Shown here piece by piece: positions 54,011 through 61,695 of a stretch of 64,000 bases of DNA. The stretch spans positions 170,927 through 234,926 of the forward strand of contig NZ_JARZHG010000009.1 in the NCBI RefSeq assembly GCF_029946505.1, written 5' to 3'. Origin of the DNA: Polyangium sp. y55x31 (lineage in GTDB: Bacteria > Myxococcota_A > Polyangia > Polyangiales > Polyangiaceae). The notes beneath the pieces were generated by a model that ran no database searches, was not told the origin of the DNA, and worked only from the letters and a program-made list of their open reading frames with translations. The first letter of the stretch is position 1, and the number at the start of each line of letters is the position of its first letter. The position numbers and the translations under genes are program-made.

Positions 54011-54128
54011 CGGGACATCGTACTCTAGTCCCGAGGGGGACGCCTCGCGAGCTCGCAGAGCGCCGTTCGGCGCTCTCGCCCATGCCTCTTGCGCGCGGCG
54101 CCGCGCGCGGCGAACAATGCGCTCTCCC

Positions 54129-57100
54129 ATGAGCCCCCGCGCCGGCACGACCGACACGAGCCTCCTGCTCGCCGAGGGCTGCAACCTCGCCTGCCCCGTC
54201 TGCGATTGCCGCGCCAAGGCAGCGGACGAAGGGACGCGGCAGCGCGAGCTCCGGCGCGGCGGCGGCGTGCTCGAGCTGCGCGGAGAAGCTTCACGTCTGA
54301 AGGATCTCCGCGCGATCGTGCAAGACGCGCGCGACGCGGGCTGGGGCGCGGTGTACGCGCGGACGAACGGCGTGGCCTACGCCGCGGAGGGCCGCGCCGA
54401 GGAGCTTCGCGCGGCGGGCCTCTCGGGGGTCGTGTTTTTCCTCGCGAGCGACCGGCCGGCCGTGCACGACGCGATCTCCCGCGTGCGAGGCGCATTCTCC
54501 GCCGGGCTCGCGGGTCTCGGCGCGATCGCGGCGACGGGGCTCGACATCCTCTTCGAGATCCCGGTGCTCGATCCTTCGATCCAGGACCTCCGCGGCGTCA
54601 TCACACGGCTCTCGGGCGCGGCGCCGAACGCGCGTCGCGTCCGCCTGTACACGCCCGCCGCGCTCCGGCCCGTGGATGGGCGTGCGCCGCGCGAGCTCTC
54701 GCCGCCGCGCTGGGATCGGGCGCGGGACGGGCTCCTCGCGGCGATCGGGTTTGCCCGGGAAAAAGGGCTCGAAATCACGCTGACCGAGCGCGACGGGATC
54801 CCGCTCTGCGCCGTCGCCACGAAAACCGCGGACGGCGGGATCGACGTCCCCGAGCGCTTGCTGGCCGATCGCGGCGGCCGCCCGATTCCGCGCCACGCGA
54901 CCTCCTCGCTCGCGCCGGGCTGCGACGCATGCGGCGCCGCGCGCGCCTGCCCCGGCACGACGACGCTTTACCTCCACACGCACGGCGCTTCGGGTTTGTC
55001 CCCTTTGCCCCGCGCCCCGCAGCAGCGCCCGCGCGAGCGCTGGGACGAGACCCGAAAAAGCGCGGCGCGCGCGGCCTTCTTCACGGTCCTCCGCCCGACG
55101 GTCCATTGCAACCAGGATTGCTGGTTCTGCAGCGCGAACGAGACCTCCCACAACGTGGAGGAAGATCCGGGCCGGATGATGCGCCGGATCGCGCGCCTCG
55201 GCCGCACGGGGGTCGAGCAGATCTCGTTCAGCGGCGGCGAGCCCACGCTCTCGCGCCACCTCGTCGATTACGTCTCCGTGGCGAAGCGGACTGGCGTCCG
55301 CAGCATCGAGCTCGTCACGAACGCGGTGCTCCTCGACAAACCGGAAAAAGTCGACGCCCTCGTCGCGGCGGGCCTGACGAACGTCTTCGTCTCGCTGCAC
55401 GCGCACGACGAGGCGCTCGCGCGGCTGCAGACCCGCAAAATGGGCGACCACGCGCGCACGGTGCGGGCCTTGCACCTCTTCGCGCGCCACGACGAGCTCC
55501 GGCTCGACGTGAACCACGTCGTCTCGGCCCAGAATTACCGGCACCTCGTGCGGTTCGTCGAGTGGATGCACGCCGAGTTCGGCACGCGCATCGGTATTTC
55601 GTTCGCGTACGTCACGCCGCAATACAAAGCCCTCGAGCGGCTCGCCGACCACGTGCCGCGCTTCTCCGACGTCATGCCCTACCTGAAGCGCGCCATCGCT
55701 CGGGCCAGCGAACTCGGCGTCGAGGTCGTGGTGGGCTCGCGCCAAGGCGTGCCTCCGTGCCAGCTCGAAGAAATGGCGCCGTGGAGCGACGTGCTCGTCG
55801 CGCTGAGCGGCGCGCTCACGGAGGACGCCCCGCAAAAGCAGAAAGGACCGGCCTGCGCCGATTGCCGCTTCGACCTCGTCTGCACGGGCGTGTGGAAACC
55901 GTATGCGGCGCTCTTCGGCACGGATGAGCTCCGCGCCGTCCCCGGCGAGAAAATCACGCCGGAGAAATGCCTCTCCGAGCCGCGCATCGCGCGTTTCCGC
56001 CCCGGCATCGATCGCCTCGACGAACTCCGCATCGGCGACGGCCGCATCCCGCGGAGCGACGAGATCCCGCTCCCGGAAGCGCCGCGCGAGCGTGTCCACC
56101 TGCCCGTCGCGCCCGCGTCCACGCCGCGCGCCGTCCGCGTCGCGATCGTCGGCACGGGCCGGCGGGGCCTCGCCTTCGCGGCTGCGCTCGGGCAAGCGGG
56201 CGGGTTCGTCCTTTCGGGCATCGCCTCCCCGCACGCGCCGGACAAGGATCTGCCGGAGATCGCGGCCGACGTGCCCCGCGCGCGGACGCTCGCCGAGCTC
56301 TGCGAGCTTGCCGCGATCGACGCGGTGATCGTCGCCACGAGCACGCGGCATCACGCGGAGATCACGCGCGACGCGATCACGCGGGGACTCCCCTGCCTCG
56401 TGGAAAAACCGCTCGGCGCGACGCTCGCCGAGGCCGAGGCGCTCGCTTCCGAGGCGAAAGAGCGCATCACGGTGGCGCAGCAGCTCCGCACGGCCGGCGG
56501 GCTCGAAGAGATGCTCTCCGTGCTCGGGGATCGCAAAGGGGTCGATCGTCCCGTCGAAATCGAGGTCGTTCACCGGGCCACCGCGACCTCGCCCGCGAGC
56601 TTGCACGCGTGGTCCCGCACGGCGCTTTACGAGCTCTTGATTCACCTCGGCGACGTCGCGCAGGCCGTCGCAGGCGAGGATCTCCACATCCGCAAGGCCA
56701 CGGCCAAGGGCGGCGGGAGGCCCGAGCGCGTGACCTTGCGCGCGCGCGGCACCGGCCCGTCGCAGCCGGACGTGACCATCGAGCTCTTGCTCGCCGAGGC
56801 CGCGGATGCCCTCGAAGTGCGGGCGCGTCTCGGCGATGGACGGCGTTTGTCCTGGATACGCTCGGAGGGGCGTGACCTCGTGGAGGTGAGCGACGCAGGC
56901 GGCAAACGGACCCGCACGCCGCCGCGCGGGGGCGATCTCGCGCGCCTGCTCGTCGCGTTCCGCGAGAGCGTGGTTCGGGGCGATCGGCCGAAGGTCTCGG
57001 CGGAGGACGGCGTGCGGGCGATGCGGCTCTCGGCGGAGGCGATCACGGCGCTGGAGGCCGCGGGCGCGCCGTTCGACCGGGCCGCGGAACCGAAACGCGT

Positions 57101-57134
57101 GGCCTCGGTTCCGCTCCGGGATCGGGTGGGTTGA
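54129..57134 (+). CDS. tandem radical-SAM protein (two rSAM/SPASM-like modules) fused to a C-terminal Gfo/Idh/MocA NAD(P)-binding oxidoreductase domain
   Basis: Module 1 has CNLACPVCDC (CxxxCxxC), then CDACGAARACPG. Module 2 has CNQDCWFCS and SGGEPT, then CADCRFDLVCTG. The C-terminal Rossmann region reads VAIVGTGRRGLAFAAALG...LPCLVEKPL. The track ORF from 53835 is an over-extension. Confidence 0.7.
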   Translation: MSPRAGTTDTSLLLAEGCNLACPVCDCRAKAADEGTRQRELRRGGGVLELRGEASRLKDLRAIVQDARDAGWGAVYARTNGVAYAAEGRAEELRAAGLSGVVFFLASDRPAVHDAISRVRGAFSAGLAGLGAIAATGLDILFEIPVLDPSIQDLRGVITRLSGAAPNARRVRLYTPAALRPVDGRAPRELSPPRWDRARDGLLAAIGFAREKGLEITLTERDGIPLCAVATKTADGGIDVPERLLADRGGRPIPRHATSSLAPGCDACGAARACPGTTTLYLHTHGASGLSPLPRAPQQRPRERWDETRKSAARAAFFTVLRPTVHCNQDCWFCSANETSHNVEEDPGRMMRRIARLGRTGVEQISFSGGEPTLSRHLVDYVSVAKRTGVRSIELVTNAVLLDKPEKVDALVAAGLTNVFVSLHAHDEALARLQTRKMGDHARTVRALHLFARHDELRLDVNHVVSAQNYRHLVRFVEWMHAEFGTRIGISFAYVTPQYKALERLADHVPRFSDVMPYLKRAIARASELGVEVVVGSRQGVPPCQLEEMAPWSDVLVALSGALTEDAPQKQKGPACADCRFDLVCTGVWKPYAALFGTDELRAVPGEKITPEKCLSEPRIARFRPGIDRLDELRIGDGRIPRSDEIPLPEAPRERVHLPVAPASTPRAVRVAIVGTGRRGLAFAAALGQAGGFVLSGIASPHAPDKDLPEIAADVPRARTLAELCELAAIDAVIVATSTRHHAEITRDAITRGLPCLVEKPLGATLAEAEALASEAKERITVAQQLRTAGGLEEMLSVLGDRKGVDRPVEIEVVHRATATSPASLHAWSRTALYELLIHLGDVAQAVAGEDLHIRKATAKGGGRPERVTLRARGTGPSQPDVTIELLLAEAADALEVRARLGDGRRLSWIRSEGRDLVEVSDAGGKRTRTPPRGGDLARLLVAFRESVVRGDRPKVSAEDGVRAMRLSAEAITALEAAGAPFDRAAEPKRVASVPLRDRVG

Positions 57135-57140
57135 GCCCCT

Positions 57141-60100
57141 TCAGGGCGTGGTCATGCACTGATCCAGCAGTCGATAGCCGTTCACGTGCGTGGCCGACAC
57201 CAGCGTGCGCGACACCGTATTGCCGCTCGACCCCCAGCCCCGCCGGTAGAGCACGTCGTACGTCCCCGAAGGCACCTTCCCGCCATAGGTGTTCGGACTG
57301 AGCACGTAGACCCCGGGCGACTGATACTGATAGCTGTAGCCGCCGATGTAATGCGCGGCGTCCGTATCCTTCGCCACGAGGTAGATGTCCGCGCCGTCGT
57401 AATCGGTGTTCTTCGTCGGCAGCGGCCCGCCCGCGAGCGTGAGCGTCCCGCCGACGATCGACACCGGGATGTCCACGTTCAGCGTACTCGCGCCCGCCGG
57501 AATCGCGACGTTCGTCGCGAGCAACCGATAGCCGTTCACGTGCGTGGCCGACACCAGCGTACGCGTCACCGTGTTCCCGCTCGACCCCCAGTTCCGCCGG
57601 TAGAGCACGTCATACGTGCCCGCAGGCACCTTGCCGCCGTAGGCGTTCGCAACCAGCACGTACACGCCCGGCGACTGGTACTGGTAGCTGTAGCCTCCGA
57701 TGTAATGCGCGGCCTTCGTGTCCTTCGCCACGAGGTAGATGTCCGCGCCGTCGTAATCGGTGTTCGTCGCGGGTAGCGCCGCGCCCGCAAGCGTCAGCGT
57801 CCCGGTCACGCTCGCCACCGGAATATCAACGTCGAGCGTGTTCGCCCCCGCCGCGAGCGTGACGTTCGTCGCGAGCAACCGATAGCCGTTCACGTGCGTG
57901 GCCGTCAGCAGCGTACGCGTCACCGTATTCCCGCTCGACCCCCAATTCCGCCGGTAAAGCACGTCGTACGTGCCCGCGGGCACCTTGCCGCCGTAGGCAT
58001 TCGCAACCAGCACGTACACGCCCGGGGACTGGTACTGGTAGCTATACCCGCCGATGTAATGCGCAGCCTTCGTGTCCTTCGCCACGAGGTAGATGTCCGC
58101 ACCGTCGTAATCGGTGTTCGTCGCCGGCAGCGCCGCGCCCGCGAGCTTCAGGGTCCCGGTCACGCTCGCCACCGGAATATCCACGTCGAGCGTGTTCGCC
58201 CCTGCCGAGAGCGTGACGTTCGTCGCCAGGAGCCGGTAGCCGTTCACGTGCGTGGCCGTCAGCAGCGTACGCGTCACCGTATTCCCGCTCGACCCCCAGT
58301 TCCGCCGATAGAGCACGTCATACGTGCCCGCGGGCACCTTGCCGCCGTAGGCGTTCGCAACCAGCACGTACACGCCCGCCGATTGGTACTGGTAGCTGTA
58401 GCCGCCGATGTAATGCGCGGCCCCCGTGTCCTTCGCCACGAGGTAGATGTCCGCGCCGTCGTAATCGGTGTTCGTCGCCGGAAGCGCCGCGCCCGCGAGC
58501 GTCAGCGTCCCGGTCACACTCGCCACCGGAATGTCCACGTTCAGCGTGTTCGCCCCCGCCGCGAGCGTGACGTTCGTCGCCAGGAGCCGGTAGCCGTTCA
58601 CGTGCGTCGCCGTCGGCAGCGTACGCGTCACCGTATTCCCGCTCGACCCCCAGTTCCGCCGGTAGAGCACGTCATACGTGCCCGCGAGCACCTTGCCACC
58701 GTAGGTATTCGCCGAGAGTACGTACACGCCCGGCGACTGATACTGATAGCTGTAGCCGCCGATGTAATGCGCGGCCCCCGTATCCTTCGCCACGAGGTAG
58801 ATGTCCGCGCCGTCGTAATCGGTGTTCGTCGCCGGAAGCGGCCCGCCCGCGAGCGTCAGCGTCCCGCTCACGGTCGCCACCGGGATGTTCACGTCGAGCT
58901 TGCTTTCCCCCGCGCCGATGACGACGCCCGTCGCGAGCATCCGGTAACCATTCACGTGCGTGGCCGAAGGCAGCGTGCGCGACACCGTGTTCCCGCTCGA
59001 CCCCCAGCCCCGCCGATAAAGCACGTCGTACACGCCCGCGACCACCTTGCCGCCGTACGTGTTCGGGGAGAGCACGTACACGCCCGGCGATTGATACTGG
59101 TAGCTGTAGCCGCCGATGTAATGCGCGGCCTTCGTGTCCTTTGCGACGAGGTAGATGTCCGCGCCGTCGTAATCGGTGTTCGTCGCCGGCAGCGCCGCGC
59201 CCGCGAGCGTGATCGTCCCATTCACGACGCCCACCGGGATGTCGACGTCGCCCGTGCCGGGGTGCGTGGTCATGCAAGCCCCGCCGTTGCAGCCGGCCGA
59301 GGGCGCGCCCTTGCAGGCGCCCTGCACGTCGCACGCGTCTCCGGTCGTGCACGAAATGCCGTCGTTGCAAGACGTCCCCGGCGACGCGATCACCTTCGGG
59401 AACGACTGCGTGGCCTCATCGCACGCGCCATACGTCACGCACGGGCTGATGCTCACGGGCTTCTGCGGCACGTTCACGTGCACGCACCCCTCCGCGTCCG
59501 CGCCCGCCTGGCTCGGCGCGCAGACCTCCGCGCCCGTGCACCACGCCCCGTCGTCGCAAGCCGCGTTGCTCGTCGTGTGCGACGCGAGGCCGCCCGCGCA
59601 TTTGTCGATCGTGCACGCGACCCCGTCGTCCGGCACGTTCGTGTCGTCGTTCGTCGCGACGCACCCGGCCGCGAGATCACACGAATCGTCCGTGCACGCA
59701 TTGCCGTCGTCACACACCCGCGGGCTGCCGCCGGCGCAGACGCCCGCCTGGCAGGCCTGATCCACGATGCAAAGCGACGTCTGGCACGCCGTCCCGTTGG
59801 CGAGCGGCGTATGCTGGCAGTTCCCGCCTACGACCGCGTCGACCGTGCACGGGTTCTGATCGTCGCACATGGGCGTGTAGCACTGCGCCATCCCGCCCAC
59901 GACCTGGCAGGCCTGGTTCATCACGAGGCAGACGTTCGGCGTGCAGGGATCGTCCGTGCACCCGCCGTTGCCGTCGTCGTGATACCCCGGGTCGCACGTG
60001 CACACGTACGAAGCGCCTTCTCCCGCGCAGACCGTCTTGTTCGGCATGACGCAGGGATTCGGCAAACACGGATCCGTCGTGCAGCCGCCGTTTCCATCGT

Positions 60101-61013
60101 CGTGATAGCCCCCCGCGGCGTCGCACGTATCGCAGGAGGCCCCAGCGAAACCAGCGTCGCACGTGCAGACCACGTGGCCGCCTTCGACCGCGCACGCGCC
60201 ATGGCCCGAGCAGCTCGACGGCGTGCACACCTCGTCGATCACGCAGGCGCCGTTCTGATCGTGATACCCGGGATCGCAGCCGCAGACCGGCGATCCTCCT
60301 TCGACGGTGCATACACTCGCGTGCGGGGCCACGCACGGGTTCGGCAGGCACGGGTCCGTCGTGCAGCCGCCGTTTCCATCGCTGTGATAACCTCCCGCGT
60401 CGTCACACGCGTCGCAAGCGCTCCCGCTCCAGCCGACGTCGCACGTGCACACGGCCTCGCCGCCCTCGTCGTTGCAGCTCCCGTGACCGCTGCACGTCGT
60501 CGGCAGGCACGTCTTGTCCTCGATGCAAACGCCGCCCTCGTCGTGCGTGCCCGGCTTGCACACGCACTTCGCGGTGCCCGAGCTCCCATCACAAACGCGA
60601 TCGGGCGACATGCACGGATCCGGCACGCACGGGTCCGTCGTGCAGCCGCCGCTCCCATCGTCGTGATAACCGCCCGCGGCATCACACGAAGCGCACGTCG
60701 CGCCCGCCCAGCCCTCCGCGCACGTGCAGACGGCCGACCCACTCGAATCGTCACACGTCCCGTGTTCGCCGCAGGGGTTGTTCTGGCAGCTCGCCTCGAG
60801 CACGCACACGCCGCCGTCGGGGTAAGATCCCGGCGGACACCCCGCGTCCGGCTCAGAGGCATCCGGCTCCGAGGCATCGGGCGTCTCGGTGACGTCCCGC
60901 CCGGCGTCGACGGGGCCCGGCGGTATGCCGCCGTCGTCGCCGCAGCCGAGGGCCACGAGCGCGAGGAACACGAGGAGCGTGGGGAGCAAACCCGTCGGGG
61001 GGCGCTTTCGCAT
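57141..61013 (-). CDS. large secreted lipoprotein: N-terminal EGF-like/Cys-rich repeat region plus six near-identical 118-aa tandem repeats
   Basis: The start is set at ATG 61013 (MRKRPPTGLLPTLLVFLALVALGC, lipobox). Repeated CTTDPC(L/V)PNPC...GYHD Cys modules are followed by six copies of NTDYDGADIYLVAKDTxAAHYIGGYSYQYQSPGVYVL...YDVLYRRNWGSSGNTVTRTL... Confidence 0.75.
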   Translation of the reverse strand: MRKRPPTGLLPTLLVFLALVALGCGDDGGIPPGPVDAGRDVTETPDASEPDASEPDAGCPPGSYPDGGVCVLEASCQNNPCGEHGTCDDSSGSAVCTCAEGWAGATCASCDAAGGYHDDGSGGCTTDPCVPDPCMSPDRVCDGSSGTAKCVCKPGTHDEGGVCIEDKTCLPTTCSGHGSCNDEGGEAVCTCDVGWSGSACDACDDAGGYHSDGNGGCTTDPCLPNPCVAPHASVCTVEGGSPVCGCDPGYHDQNGACVIDEVCTPSSCSGHGACAVEGGHVVCTCDAGFAGASCDTCDAAGGYHDDGNGGCTTDPCLPNPCVMPNKTVCAGEGASYVCTCDPGYHDDGNGGCTDDPCTPNVCLVMNQACQVVGGMAQCYTPMCDDQNPCTVDAVVGGNCQHTPLANGTACQTSLCIVDQACQAGVCAGGSPRVCDDGNACTDDSCDLAAGCVATNDDTNVPDDGVACTIDKCAGGLASHTTSNAACDDGAWCTGAEVCAPSQAGADAEGCVHVNVPQKPVSISPCVTYGACDEATQSFPKVIASPGTSCNDGISCTTGDACDVQGACKGAPSAGCNGGACMTTHPGTGDVDIPVGVVNGTITLAGAALPATNTDYDGADIYLVAKDTKAAHYIGGYSYQYQSPGVYVLSPNTYGGKVVAGVYDVLYRRGWGSSGNTVSRTLPSATHVNGYRMLATGVVIGAGESKLDVNIPVATVSGTLTLAGGPLPATNTDYDGADIYLVAKDTGAAHYIGGYSYQYQSPGVYVLSANTYGGKVLAGTYDVLYRRNWGSSGNTVTRTLPTATHVNGYRLLATNVTLAAGANTLNVDIPVASVTGTLTLAGAALPATNTDYDGADIYLVAKDTGAAHYIGGYSYQYQSAGVYVLVANAYGGKVPAGTYDVLYRRNWGSSGNTVTRTLLTATHVNGYRLLATNVTLSAGANTLDVDIPVASVTGTLKLAGAALPATNTDYDGADIYLVAKDTKAAHYIGGYSYQYQSPGVYVLVANAYGGKVPAGTYDVLYRRNWGSSGNTVTRTLLTATHVNGYRLLATNVTLAAGANTLDVDIPVASVTGTLTLAGAALPATNTDYDGADIYLVAKDTKAAHYIGGYSYQYQSPGVYVLVANAYGGKVPAGTYDVLYRRNWGSSGNTVTRTLVSATHVNGYRLLATNVAIPAGASTLNVDIPVSIVGGTLTLAGGPLPTKNTDYDGADIYLVAKDTDAAHYIGGYSYQYQSPGVYVLSPNTYGGKVPSGTYDVLYRRGWGSSGNTVSRTLVSATHVNGYRLLDQCMTTP
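57186..59240. repeat. six tandem ~354-bp near-identical coding repeats inside gene 57141..61013
   Basis: The motif GTGTCCTTCGCCACGAGGTAGATGTCCGCGCCGTCGTAATCGGTGTT recurs at about 57372, 57717, 58074, 58425, 58784 and 59139 with roughly 354-bp spacing. Confidence 0.8.
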
Positions 61014-61695
61014 GGCGCGCACTTTATCGGGGTTCGTTCGGGCTCGGAAGAGCGAGCGAGCGTTCGACGCGCAGCAGCCGACATGGGTGGACCGGGAGCG
61101 GAGAGCGCGACGCCGCCAGGGCCTCCGCGCCTTCGAGGCCTCCCGCGTGGTCACCGCTTCGGTTTGCCAAAGCGACTCGCACGGTTGTTAGCCGATTTTT
61201 GCGGTCGCTCATCATGCCACCGTCGATTGTCGGCGGTGCGGATGAGGGGCGCTGCAGATGGATGCCCGCTTTGCACATCTCGCCGCGCTGCGCAAGCGGA
61301 TGCTAATGGGCGTGGGCGCCTCGGGCTTCAGCTCCTCCTTATACGTGACGATGAGGCACTGGGGGGGTCGAGAAGGCCCCACCTCGTTGCGTTGCCGAAT
61401 TCGCTTTGTGCACAATCAACTTCGCGGCACTCAAAGTGTCACGGACGAAAATTCCCTCTCGTCGTTCTCGAATTTTGATGTATATTCATTACGTCCATAC
61501 ATCGTTAACGAGAATACGACATGGCGACCACCCGTGAGGCCGTGGGCGCATTGGCGCGCCCATACGACGGGGCCTCTCCCGCACGTGCGCGAGTCAACTC
61601 GGGTTCGCTCAAAAAGGAGCAAATAACACGAGAGCGGCGCAGAAGACCGTGATGATGAGCTTTTCGCTGCGTTCTGGCGGCGATCTGGAGGACCG

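Noticed and set aside
54128-54131. CATG giving overlapping divergent ATGs for the two radical-SAM genes (54130 minus, 54129 plus)
   Set aside because: Divergent genes cannot both start there. The minus-strand gene is instead started at ATG 54010, which puts CxxxCxxC at residues 11-19, leaving a 118-bp shared promoter.
57894-61478. 1194-aa plus-strand ORF
   Set aside because: It is antisense to the repeat lipoprotein. The open frame is propagated by the tandem repeats, and the translation is Arg/His/Val junk.
61258-61626. 122-aa ORF in the same frame as the hidden ORF, ending 23 codons before its ATG
   Set aside because: Its translation is low-complexity (Arg/Ser/Gly-rich) and it lies in the AT-rich leader. 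It is treated as non-coding, though a read-through or pseudogene remnant is not excluded.
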